A stretch of DNA of 64,000 nt, from assembly GCF_009914755.1 (NCBI RefSeq), contig NC_060926.1. The stretch is one strand, 5' to 3'. The notes beneath the pieces are model-generated. The model was not told where the DNA came from, made no database searches, and was given only the letters and a program-made list of their open reading frames with translations. Positions 17,434-34,619 of the stretch are shown here, in pieces (the stretch's first letter is position 1; each line of letters starts with the position of its first letter). This stretch comes from the human T2T-CHM13v2.0 reference genome, Homo sapiens. The translations under genes were made by a program, and so were the position numbers.

Positions 17434-18347
17434 CTTAATGAAGCAGATATATCTGGGAAATAGGTTCCCCAAATGGGATTAATAAGTTAGAGGGTAAATG
17501 CATTTGCAAGTCTGCATAACAGAATGGGGGTGTATTTGTACACTTCACAAATATTTGAGTAACATTTGAGTGTGCATTCCTGCCCACCCTCCCAACAGAG
17601 TGTGGTTTTAAACTGGGATTTTTGTCAGTCTGAAAGGTAAAAAAGTGTATCGTTGTAGGTTTAATTTCTCTTGAAATGAAAGAGATTGAGCATCTTTCAC
17701 ATATTTAATGGCCACTTTTATGTCCTTCTATCAATTTTTCTATTAAATTATCAGTTCTTTTCTTCTCAATTTCTGGAAATGCTTTATAAAATAGAAAAAT
17801 CAGCACTTTTTCTGGGACAGGGCTTACAAGTATATGTCTTTGGACTTTGCTTATTGTGTTTTTAATCATGCAAATTTTTTTTAAAATATTTATGTAGTCA
17901 AATATACCAAGTTTTCAATGGCTTTGGTTATTGAGTCATGGTTTAAAAGGCTTTTCCCACTCAAAAGTTATAAAGAATTTACCCCTTGCTATCTTCCAGG
18001 GCTTGTACCATTTCACTTTTCTATATTTAAATATCAATCTATTTGCAGTTTATCCTGGCATTGAATAAAAGGTGTAGATTCAACTTTTTCTTTGCCCAAA
18101 GCTGTAGCAAACCTTTGTTAATCAGTCCATTTTTTTCTTCCTTGACTTGAGACGCTGCCTTTATCACATTTTAAATTCTTTTATATATTTGTGTCTATTT
18201 CTGGATTTTTTTTCTGTTCCATTGGTGTTATCTATTAATGTGCCAATATCGTATTATTTTAATACTTGGGCTTTATAGTATTTTAATATCTGATGGAGAT
18301 GGTCTTACATCATTGTTACATTATTCTACTGTCTTCCATTTTATTTT

Positions 18348-18737
18348 TGTCTTTGTTCGGGCTGATATAACAAACTATCACAGGCTGAGTAGCTTATAGA
18401 CAACAGAAATTTATTTTTCACACGTGTAAAGGCTGGGATTTACTTTTCATAGGTCTAGTGGCTGAAAACTCTAAGATCAAGGTGCTCACAGATATGGTGT
18501 TTGGTGAGGGCCCACCTCCTAGTTCATAGACAGCCGTCTCCTCTCTGCATCATATGGTGGAAAGGGCCATGAAGCTCCTGGGGGTCTCTCATCAGGGCAC
18601 TAATCCCATTCATGAGGGCTCCACCCTCATGACCCAACCATCTCCTAAAGTCCCCCCCACCTCCTAACACCATCACATTGGGGATTAGGTTTCAACATAT
18701 AGATTTTGAGAGAACACAAACATTCTGTCTGTAGCAA
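18348..18737 (-). mobile_element. MaLR solo LTR (MLT1A/MST-like)
   Basis: acaacagaaatttatt...gagggctccaccctcatgacc...aaacattctgtctgtagca. Confidence 0.75.
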
Positions 18738-18864
18738 TTTTTCGATATTAACTTTAGGTCATCTTGTTTAGATCATCTTTCTTTGTCTTGTTTAATGACT
18801 TTTGTCTAAATTCTACCCTATGTGATATTAAGGCAGGGACTCTATGTTTGAATTTTCTTGATAG

Positions 18865-22670
<3,806 letters not shown>

Positions 22671-22797
22671 AGCTCTGTCTATTTTTCTTCATTCTTTTCT
22701 CTTTCTGCTCCTTAGACTCAATTATTTCAATTGATCCATCTTTTGTTTGCTGATTCTTTCTTCTTACTCAGATCTGCTATTAAAGCCCTCTAGTGAG

Positions 22798-23097
22798 GGG
22801 CCAAACAAGGTGGCTCATGCTTGTAATCCCAGCACTTTGGGAGGCCGAGATGGGCAGATCTCTTGATCCCAAGAGTTTGAGACCAGCCTGGTCAATATGG
22901 TGAAACCCTGTCTCTACAAAAAATTTTTTAAAAATTAGCTTGGCATGGTGGCCTGTACCTGTAATCCCAGCTACTTGGGAGGCTGAGGCAGGAGGGTCAC
23001 CTGAGCCTAGGAGGTTGAGGCTAACAGTGAGCCATGATCATGTCACTGCATCCAGCCTGGGTGACAGAGACCCTGTCTCAGAGGAAAAAAAAAAAAA
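22798..23097 (+). mobile_element. AluJ-like
   Basis: TSD aaagccctctagtgag. Confidence 0.95.
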
Positions 23098-23248
23098 GCC
23101 CTCTAGTGAGTTTTTTCTTTCAGTTATTGTATTCTTCATCTTCAGAACTTCTATTTGGTTCCTTTTATAATTTCTATGTCTTGATATTCTCTATTTGTTC
23201 ATACTTTGTTCTAGTTTCTTTTGCTCTTTGTCCATGCTTTCTTTTACT

Positions 23249-23533
<285 letters not shown>

Positions 23534-24409
23534 TTCTTTACTTCTTTGAATATATTTAAGACAGTTAATTTAAAGTATTTGTCCAATAAATTCAATATCT
23601 GTGCTTCTTCAGGGAGAGTTTCTGTTAATTTATTCGATGAATGGGCCATATTTTTTCCCCTTGCATGCTTCATCATTTTTTGTTAAATCATATTTTTCCC
23701 TGTCCTCGGGATTTCTTTCTTGCTATAGGTTGTAGCTATTTGTTTATTTAGTAACTTTTCTAAACTATTTTTGTAAAGTTTGTATTCTTTGTGATGTCTC
23801 TGAAGTTTATATTTATCTTGCACTCAGCTAGTGTTTTGAAAGAGATTTCCTTGGTGCCAGGATTCCCCCCACTGTTCACCCACAAATAAAATGAAACAAG
23901 GAGAAAGAGAGATACAGGGGGACAAAAAAGATGAGAAGCAAGAAATCCAACTTTTCCTCGTTCTTTGCAGATTGGCTCTGTGTTGGAGCATGTCTTCAAC
24001 TTTTGGTCAGGCCATTTACAACTCTACCTTAACCTTCACTTCCTCCTTGCACTGAGCCTAGAGATCATTCAGAAGTGAAAATGTAGCATCTTCTCAGGTC
24101 TTACTATGTGTCCTGCCCTGGGGATGCCTCTGGCCTTCTAAATTCCTAAGTATGGAAGGGCCCTTTTGAGTGCCCCGATTTCCCAAAGAAACTCTCTTCC
24201 CAGCTTTTTCACTCAGGCTTGTGACACTTCCTCAATCATAATCTTTTGCCCAAAGTGGCTGCAAGTAGTTTGGCTTACAATACTTTTAGAAAATGTCAGC
24301 CACTTTTCTGCTCTGAGTTGGTTCCAAGTTAGTTAAAACAAAAACAAGTACTGTGTGTCAGTCCTTTGGTTAACTCCCAGACTAGTTAGAATAGAAAAAC
24401 ATAAATCTC

Positions 24410-24677
24410 AGTAGTGCACACCTGTAATCCCAGCACTTTGGGAGGCCAAGACAGATAGATCACTTGAGCTCAGGAGTTCAAGACCAGCCTGGGCAACATG
24501 GTGAAACCCCATCTCTACAAATACAAAAAAAAATTAGCCGGACATGGTAGCACATGCCTCCAGTTACTCAGAAGGCAGAGGTGGGAGGATCATTTGAGCC
24601 TGAGGGTGTCAAGGCTGCAGTGAGCCGTGATCAGGCTACTACACTCCAGCCTAGGTGACAGAGTGAGACCTTGTCTG
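24410..24677 (+). mobile_element. AluJ-like
   Basis: Alu body. Confidence 0.92.
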
Positions 24678-24948
24678 AAAGAAAAAGAAAAAGAAAGAAA
24701 AAGAAAGAAAGAAAGAGAGACAGAGAGAAAGAAAGAAAAAGAAAGAGAGAGAGAAAGAAAGAAAAAGAAAGAGAGACAGAGAGAAAGAAAGAGAGACGGA
24801 GAGAAAGAAAGAAAAAGAAAGAGAGACAGAGAGAAAGAAAGAGAGACGGAGAGAAAGAAAGAAAAAGAAGAAAGAGAAAGAAAGAAAGAAAGAAAGAGAA
24901 AGAAAGAGAGAAAGAAAGAAAGAGAAAGAAAGAGAGAAAGAAAGAAAG

Positions 24949-25011
<63 letters not shown>

Positions 25012-25022
25012 AAAAAGAGAAA
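24678..25022. repeat. Compound (GAAA)n/(GA)n purine tract from an Alu tail
   Basis: Seen directly. Confidence 0.97.
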
Positions 25023-26569
25023 CAAATCTTTACAAACAGGGTTTGCTCTACTCCTTCTAGAACAAAAGACTAGAGTCCCACACTCGGAATGTGAATCACC
25101 ACCTTCAAGACTGTTGAGGAGCTCTGGAGGGGGATGGGACAAGAGCAAATAAAAGCACCACAAAGCTTTCCTATCATTTCTGGATAGTTTTTTCTTGATA
25201 CAGGATTTGTTTGTTATTGTAAGCCTTTGGCTTTTCTAGAGTTCTGACAAAGTTGATTCTGAAAGTTTGTGCTTGATTTTTAAATGTGTCTATGGAGGGA
25301 TGGACCCTTGGAGCTGCCAACTCCATTTTTTTTTTTTTTTGACATCCAGCAGAGATACTCTTGCCCATACTTTTGTTTTCTTTGTAATCTTTCCGAGTCA
25401 CATTGTTTTGGGTATATCTCTGAATATGGCATAGAGCAGTGTACTGCTTTTAATAGGTCATTTAAACCCATTTTCATTTTTTGATATGAGAGATATGTTT
25501 TGTCTCAGTCCTTTCATATTATTTTGTTTAATGTTTATATTAGTGTTTATGTGTGTGTATACATATTTGTGCAGGTGTTTATTTTACTGTGTGATCTGTT
25601 TTCTTTGTTCATTTTTGTTGCTGTTGTAGTCATCTTTGTGTTTAGGAAGGTTTGTATTTGCTTTAGTGGTTTCTTTCACATTTCTGTCTATATATAATAC
25701 CCTTACTTTCTCCTTCCTTTGAACAACATTTATTGGTTCCCTACTATGAGTAGCAATTTAATCTTTTGTCTTCTTTGCTCTAGTGCCCCTCTCTTATCAT
25801 CCAGTTTTAGTCACTAATAACTTGTTTTCACATTTGTGTGCTAAAAATCCTCAAGCTGATATTACTATAAGTAGCATCTTTGGATTCCCAGCAATTTTAC
25901 ATGACACTATCACTAAGCTTATTTTACTTCCCATTTTCTCTCCCGTTATTGTTAGTTTTACTATTTCTACATTGTTAGAATACATAACATTAACCCTTTA
26001 TTCCTGCCTTTAATTACCATAATTTTAATAGTTCTGAATATCTAGTAGATTAAAGATAACATTTTCTAAATAGTCTTGCTTGTTCTTGAAACTTCTCTTT
26101 CCATATAAATTTTAGAGATAATTTCTTAGGTGCTAAGGAAAGCTCTGTAGGCAATTTGCTTGGAATTGTATTGAATCTTGGATAAATTGGATGGGATTTA
26201 CCCATAAATACCTTTGTATATTCGTTGTTAGTCTTACTGCTAGGCATGATTTTTGTCGTTATCATAAATTATTGGAAACTATGGTTTCTTCATGAATCTA
26301 TTGCTTGTCTTCTCCATAACATGAACACTTTCCACCCCTTGCTCCTCTCTGCACTGACCGCCAAGCGGTTGCCCGTCTCCTGTTCCTTCAGTACACCTCA
26401 ATACAGCCAAAGGGGCACAGACATCATTGTCTCATTACACTGATCATCCAGACAGTCAGTACTGGCCAGAGATCACACTAGCCAATCCCTCGTCAGGGCC
26501 CTGCTTCTACTTTTCAGTCTATTTTGATTCTTGTGTTCTTATAAGCACCACTGTGGTTTTTTGTTCATT

Positions 26570-26735
26570 TATTTGTTTGTTTGAGATGGAGTCTCTCACT
26601 GTCGCCCAGGCTGGAGGGCAATGGTGCAATCTCGGCTCACTGCAACTTCTGCCTGTGGTTCAAGCGATTCTGCTGTCTCAGCCTCCTGAGTAGCTGCGAT
26701 TACTGGTGCATGCCACCATGCCCTGCTAATTTTTT
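26570..26735 (-). mobile_element. Alu right-arm fragment
   Basis: gagatggagtctctcactgtcgcccaggctgg. Confidence 0.9.
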
Positions 26736-27019
26736 AATGAGGGGGCTGTTTTTTTAGTCCAGGCAGGAACTGATGGGACCCTGAGCAGGCAGTGGGAGTG
26801 GAGAGAGGGTCAAGACATGAGACAATATGAGGTAAATCTTCCAATATGTGGCAAGTGGCAAAATGTGGGAAGCCCAGAAGAAAGAGGTGCCGTGATATTT
26901 CTCTTCCTTCAGGCTCCTAGGATTATGTGCCATGGACCTTCATGCTCTCAGAGAAGGCATGCCACAAACTTGCAATGAATGTTGTCTCCCTCAATTTCTT
27001 GTCTTTGTTGCACCTGTTT

Positions 27020-27447
27020 TGTGGTGGGCAGGCCTAGGCAAACCTACCCCAAAGTCTGAAGAAACTGATAGGCTGAAGACAGAGGCTGGCAAATGCAGTT
27101 TCTTAGAAACATTTAATAGAAGAAACCATAGTTTCTAAGTAATTTACGAACAGAAGCCATGTCAGTGTCTTGGGCTGCAATAAGATGAGACGGTGGATCC
27201 ATGCATTGTCCCTCAGACCTAGGGCTTCTATGCCACAGGGGAGGGGTGCTTCAGAAGGGATGTGTAGGATAATTGACGTACTATGACATCAAGGTTGTTT
27301 GACCTAAGGGCAGGATTTACAGTAAGTTCCTGCCCTTACCAAAGGAACAATAGATACACTGGCAATCTTAGAGGCTTCCTGGAACGGGTTAGTCAGAATC
27401 CAACATAGCAGATTAGCATCCAAGATGGAGCTGCTTTGGCCCCCCAG
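27020..27447 (-). mobile_element. ERV solo LTR (LTR47-like)
   Basis: Minus strand starts ggccaaagcagctccatcttggatgctaatctg; family name from recall. Confidence 0.6.
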
Positions 27448-27861
27448 CACCTCTCCCTCCTCTCCCCGAATTCTGCAACTCCAAGCCTGCCATCCTCTGG
27501 GTTCCCTGACTATTTGCTACCCTTTGACAATGAACTCCTGTGCCTGACACTTTTGATGCCCCAGGAATGCTATGTGAATAAATGAGGGACCGCTATTGTA
27601 TATGTTATTGTGTGTATTTCTGGAGCAGGTCAGGGTGGTAAAATCATCCCAAAACACATTTGGCACTGGTGTGGCTAATAAATCCACACATTATTGCTGA
27701 ATGCATTAACTCATGGTGGAACAGCCCTCTCTCGCCTCTGAGCCTTTGTGTGTGCAAATCCCTCAGCTGGAAACACTGTCCTCTGCCCTCAGCCTCCCCT
27801 GGATTGCCAAAATATACATGCATGTTCTTGTATGTAGAGGCCTTCAAGAGGCCTTCTCTGA

Positions 27862-28192
<331 letters not shown>

Positions 28193-29290
28193 GTACTTTA
28201 TTACACAATGACCTCCTTCTCCTCGAAGCTCCTTGAGGGAAGGGAGGCACCACGAGTGCCTTGGACTCCAGTGTCTGGCTCATATTAGGCCTAAAAGAAA
28301 GCCTGTCAGACTGAGTGAACTAGACTGCCTCTACTGGTGGGAAGAACATTCTTTCCTTCTTCAAGATAGTAGCTCTTCTGGGCTACATAGATGGCTGTTT
28401 TGCAACTTAAGAGAGCCCCTCCACCAAGAAGTCTCACCCCAAGTTCACTACAGGATGTGACCTAGGATTTTGGATCCTGTTTGCACATAGATCAATGCTC
28501 CTCACACCGATGACTAAAGTGTGCAGGTGCAGGTGGCTGCCCGCTGTAGCACCCCCTCCTCTGGTGCTCTGTGAGGTGGTCACTCTTCTAGCCTTGATGC
28601 CCCCACCCCTGCCCTGCACAGCCCCAGGGTTTTCATGAGCGAGCCTGGTGACAGCTTTGTCTCTGTCCTTGGAACGGAGCCTTGGCCCCTTCTGCCCCCT
28701 TCCTCCCACCCACCAGCACCCCAATTAGCTGAGAAGCTTTCCTGCAGCTGACACAGGGCCAGGCTCCTGGATCCTGTGCCAAGAAAACTCTTGTACTAAT
28801 TTATAACCACAATGCCTCCAAAAGTCTAACCTTGAGGATGTCTGTGAATCACACACACTTCCCAGGGCTGGCAGCCACACAAGAACATGCGGGGGAGAGG
28901 GCACGAGGCCGCTGCAGATGCTCGCTCCGGGCCTGCCCCTTGGCACTCTTTGCTGTTCTTTGTCTCTGCCTGGGAGCAGTCAGTCTGGGTCAGGAGTGTG
29001 GAGCAGGGGTCTGCAGAGCCAGAAATGAGACACATTGCTTCTGGGCTTCATGGCTGTGGCTGGGTTGCAGGAACTGAGGTAGATTTCTCTCTCAAGAAAT
29101 TGCTTGAGCATAAAGTTTTTGCTTTCAGCCTCGTCAACCTCTCCTGCCCACCCCAGAGTCTCCCAGATCCTGATGGGCGGGTGCCAATCCCCAGCAAGAA
29201 GGATGTCATCCTCCAACAGGAGGAAGGTGTGGACTGTGCTCTGCTTTGTAAGCACACAAGTCTCACAGCAGATTTTAAAGTGCTCCTTAA

Positions 29291-29585
29291 TTTTATTTTA
29301 TTTTGAGATGGAGTTTTGCTCTTGTTGCCCAGGCTGGAGTGCAATGGTGCTATCTCAGCTCACCGCAACTCCACTTCCCGGGTTCAAGCGATTCTCCTGC
29401 CTCAGCCTCCCAAGTAGCTGGGATGACAGGCGCGCGCCACCATGCCTAGATAATTTTGTATTTTTAGTAGAAACGAGGTTTCTCCATGTTGGTCAGGATG
29501 ATCTCGAACTCCTGACCTCAGGTGATCCGCCCGCCTCGGCCTCCCAAAGTGCTGGGATTACAGGCATGAGCCACTGTGCCCGGCT
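29291..29585 (-). mobile_element. Alu (S-type)
   Basis: TSD gctccttaatttt / gctccttgatttt. Confidence 0.95.
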
Positions 29586-29664
29586 AGAGCTCCTTGATTT
29601 TAAAAAGCCACCTTTTTATTGTTGTTGTTTTAGGATTTTACTTCCAATCACTATTAAGTATAGG

Positions 29665-29975
29665 CCAGCACTGTCTGGTGAAAAATAATACAAGCACATA
29701 TGTCATTTTAGGTTTTCTAGAAGCCACATTTTACAAAGTAAAGAGACACAGATGAAATTAATTTTAATAGTATATTTAATTTTTGTACAATATATTCAAA
29801 ATATTATAATTTCAACATGTCTTCAATATAAAAATAAGATATTTTAGACTCTTAGGAAGGCTATTTAACAGAAGACTGGAATAAAAATGTAAAATTCAGT
29901 TCCTCAGTCATGCTGGCCCTATTTCAAGCGTCCAAGAGCCCCAAGTTACTAGGGGCTCTTGTGCTGGCCAGCACA
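29665..29975. mobile_element. MER33/MER3-like hAT MITE
   Basis: cagcactgtc...ttttctagaagccacattt...ggccagcacag termini. Confidence 0.7.
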
Positions 29976-30490
29976 GGTGTGTACAGGTGTTAACAAAGTG
30001 GTCAGGTCAATTGAGTAGGCGAGCTTGCAGAATCTTACTTCATTATCCCTGTAGATTAACCATGCCTTTTGTTTTCTGTAGAGAAGCAAAACCCTGGAGG
30101 GGGTGCCCCTGCCGGGATTAGTCAATTTCTAGATACAGTAAACAACTCACGAGGCAACCTGCCTTTCAAATGCAAACCGAGCAATTCAGAGCCCCAAACC
30201 CCAAACCCCAGCCACCTCCGCTATTGGGCTGTCATACTCCCCTAGCGGTACCAGACCACTAGGGGCAGCCCCCATGGCTGCGGAAATGATTCAGACTAGC
30301 CAACCTTGAGTCCGCCTACCTTGCCTCACCCGCTCATCCCCTGGAAACCACGGTAAAGACTGTTGCTCTCGTTTTCTCCTGGCCCCCTCTTCCTCCTGCC
30401 CAGCCTGGGGCTTCCTCCTGTGTCCCCTGGTGCGGTGGGCCATGTCTCCTGTTTCTAGAGAATCTGTGAGTATAATAAACTTCTTCCTTC

Positions 30491-30829
30491 AGCCAGGTGC
30501 AGTGGCTCACGTCTGTAATCCCAGCACTTTGGGAAGCCAAGGCAGGAGGATCACTTGAGCTCAGGAGTTCAAGACCAGTCTGGTGGTCTTGAACCTGGTT
30601 TCAACATGGTGAATCCCTTCTCTACTAAAAACACAAAAAAATTAGCCAGGCGTGGTGGCACAGGCCTGTAGTCCCAGCTACTGGGTGGGGTGGAGGTGGG
30701 AGGATCACCTGGGCCAGGAAACTGGAGGCTGCAGTGAGCTGAGATTGTGTCACTACACTCCAGCCTGGGTGACAAAGTGAGACCCTGTCTCAAAAACAAA
30801 CAAACAAGCAAACAAAAACAACCAAAAAA
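30491..30829 (+). mobile_element. AluJ-like with internal fold-back
   Basis: Alu body; flanks aaacttcttccttca / aaacctttcttca. Confidence 0.93.
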
Positions 30830-30842
30830 CCTTTCTTCATAA

Positions 30843-31612
30843 TGAAATCGCCTTTGTAAAATTTGTGACAATGAGAGAAATCTGACAGAAATTATGGCAA
30901 TGAGAAAAATCTGACCCAAATGACTCCGTCTTGCTTCTAATCTCACAAGCTAACTGCCTTTGCTCCTTCCTGGGTGTAGGCCAAGCTAAACAGGAGAGGA
31001 ATTTAGTTTATAGTTTCACTTTAAAACAAAGATCATAACTGCCCCTTCCTGAAACTAACCCCCACCTTGCTCAGGGACCAAAATTGCCTTTGTAAAACCA
31101 ATAAAAAATTAGCAACGAGGATAGAATGGGGTTTAGTAGTTGTGTGGCCAGAGGTCACAAGATTTGTAACCTCCCCCAAACGCTTCTATAGAGAACACCA
31201 CTTTTGTAAAAACTAAAACTGGCATCTGAGGTACCTTTCAGACCTTGCATTCTGATAGACCAGCTGGCACCACCCGGACCAGTAACCCATACCATGGAAC
31301 TGGCTCGACTGGTCTTATGACCCCCACCCCGGAATGGACTCAGCACAAGAAGATAGCTTCGACCCCCATGATTTCAGCCTCCAACCTACCAATCAGCACT
31401 CCCCATTCCTTGGCTGCCTGCCCACCAAATGATCCCTGAAAAACTCTAGCCTCCAAATTCTTGGGGAGATGGATTTAAGAGCTAACTCTCATTCTTCCAC
31501 TTGGCTGGCCCTGTGATTATTAAACTGTTTATTTGCTGCAAAAAAACAAAAAAAAAAAAACCAAAAAAAAAAAACCGCTGCTATTCTCAGTGCATTGGCT
31601 TTGGCAATTACA
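30843..31612 (+). mobile_element. LTR8B-like ERV1 solo LTR
   Basis: Starts tgaaatcgcctttgtaaaatt...gactccgtcttgcttctaatctcacaagctaactgcc, ends ggcaattaca; flanks ataa/atga. Confidence 0.8.
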
Positions 31613-32227
31613 ATGAGTCATTTCGGTGTCTGTGTGTCTTACCAGACCTGATCAGAACAAATCCCTTAAAACACCTTGTTCTGGAGCTCATCTTCTCTTT
31701 CATCTACTGCCCCCCTCAACCCTGGCATTCGCCTTCATATCTCTTCTTTGCTCTGAGGATGAAGCTTCTATTTATTTCAGCTCCTGTTTCCTGAGCAGGG
31801 CTACCATGTACTGTTGTGCAGGTTGTACACAGCAGCCAGTTAGGGTTGATCTCCGGACTGATCCTGAGATCCTCCCTGTGGCCATCTCACCTAACTCTAT
31901 CCCACCATGTAACCCTTCCAGACGCATTTGCAGACCCCATGCCTGTGAAACAGAGGGCAGGATCCTATTCAGGCAGCTGCTTTATCATTGCACTGGGTGG
32001 ATCCTGCTTCCACAGGGAAGGCAGAAAAGATGTGCTCCTCTACCTCCTCAGCCTCTCTGCCTCCGGTGTTCTCACCTTCACCCCCTCCACCTCCACTCCC
32101 ATCCCCATTTACACTAGGGAGGAAATGACTGCAATAGCTTAAAGCAGGGTCCTTCCCTGCCGCCCTCCTGCCTGTAATCCAGCAGGGCTCAAAATTTCCA
32201 AGATGATTTTCTGGAGTCCAGACTACG

Positions 32228-32432
32228 TCAATGGTTCTCAAACTTTAAATTGAATTAGAATCACCTGGAGGACTTGTTAAAATGCAGATTACTGCCCCCC
32301 CCACCCCCCCCACTGCACCCCACCAAGTTTCTGACTCAGAAAGTCTGAGACAAGCCCTGGGAATCTGCATTTTTACTACATCCCAGGTGATGCTGTTGTC
32401 TCAGAGACCATACTTTGAAAACCACTGCTCTA
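32228..32432. mobile_element. MER5A MITE
   Basis: tggttctcaaacttt...agaatcacctgg...catactttgaaaaccactg terminal inverted repeats. Confidence 0.85.
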
Positions 32433-32676
32433 GATGCAGTGCTTCAGGCCTCAGCTGCTACTCGAGGTGCCCCTGAACCCTGTCTTCATTCCGGAAACAA
32501 GCCTCTCTGTTCTGCAACGCATGGTGCCTGAGCTTTCTGGGGAGAGATTCTGTTCTGAGGTGGATTATTTTGTTCCCCCTCAGCAGTTCTTACACATTGC
32601 TCAATGAAAGCTTGTTGGCCAGGAACAAATATCCAATATTGTTCTATATACGCTGTGGTTTTAAACATTTTTACAT

Positions 32677-33323
<647 letters not shown>

Positions 33324-34104
33324 TGATGGTGGTAATTTTCAAAGCTCTACAGAAATACTCATTAAATTCCCCCTACCCTCAGCTGAGTGAGACTAGGGTT
33401 CTGATTCTAGGACAAATAAGGATCTTTGGGGCTCATTGCTATGAGCTATAAATGTCCCAGGGAGAAAAATCAAGTAGGGTCTTATTTTAGAGAAACCTAT
33501 CTCTGCCTGGCTCTCTCTCCTTTCCCACTTGATAAAGATATTGGCTTTTCAGAACTCCCAGCTCAGCTTCTGAAAGCCACAGTGGTATGAGTGGAGCACT
33601 GAAAAGAAAAGCAGGAACCCCTCCCCCACTTGGTGCCAGCTTTCCTTGGAGAGCGGGGAAGCATCATTAAATGACAGCAAGTTGAAAATTGTCAGCGAGA
33701 TAGGCTATTTGCATGCGACATTGAAACCTCTATGCAATCGTCATTTCCGAGTTGTGACTGCCTGTCTGCAAGGACACATTGGATGGTTCCCAGATCACTG
33801 CAGCCTCCAAAATTGGACCTGGTTTTATGAGCTGACGTCTGGATATGATGTCTCCTGGGAAAGTGGGGGTGGAGGAGAGAGAAGATTTTAAAGAGCTCCT
33901 TAAATTAAAACCCAAAGCATCTCCAGTCTGCACAGTGAGAACTGCGTCAGCCAGGCACACTTTCTCTTTGCACAGCCTGTAAATGATGCTGAGAGATGGT
34001 CTCCCGGACTGCCTGTCATTTAACTCTTTCTGCACTGGGGGACAGGGCAATCTTCTGGAGCCAAACTGTATGATGCAGCAGGGAGCTCAGAGCACATTTT
34101 GAAT

Positions 34105-34530
34105 CAGAGTTTCTGATCCCTAGAATCACTCGATGAACTTTTAATTTTTTATCTATCTATTATCTATCTATCTATTTATTTTATACCCCAATTTTGTGAT
34201 TCCAATGAGCTTTAAAAAGTTACCCATACCTGGGCCTCCTCCTCAGATCAATTAAATCAAAATTTCTGAGATTGGAGCCTGGGCATTAGTAATTTTTACC
34301 TCGCCTGCATTTTAGGTAACTCAAATGTGCAGCCATTATTGAACCCCATTGCTTAAAGTCTTTCTGTTTCTTACTGGCTGGGTGATATTGGGAGGTTGTT
34401 TAGCTGCTTTCCCTATTGATTCAATGTGGTGACTGTTATTTGCCTCCCAGAATTGTCGTGAGTAGCATAGGAGGTATAAAGAGCTTAGCACAGTAGAGGG
34501 CTCACAGTAAGTGCTCAATAAACGGTGTAT
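34105..34530. mobile_element. MER5-like fragment followed by MIR
   Basis: gagcctgggcattagtaatttt...aatgtgcagcca; gcttagcacag...taagtgctcaataaa. Confidence 0.6.
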
Positions 34531-34619
34531 TCTATTTGAGCTTAGGTTAGCAATTGAGGGAAGACCTGGAGCCTAGAAATATAGTGGAAAATAAAATTGA
34601 AAACAAAGTCTAAGGAAGT

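Larger units (their letters stand above)
30070..31675 (+). mobile_element. MER74/MER73-like ERVL LTR interrupted by an Alu and LTR8B
   Basis: cagactagccaacc...ggaaaccacggtaaagac; resumes after 31613. Confidence 0.55.

Noticed and set aside
24627-25163. K/E/R-rich and F/L/S-rich ORFs
   Set aside because: Translations of a stop-free GAAA repeat
29104-29688. 194-aa ORF
   Set aside because: Half is antisense Alu; no recognisable domain
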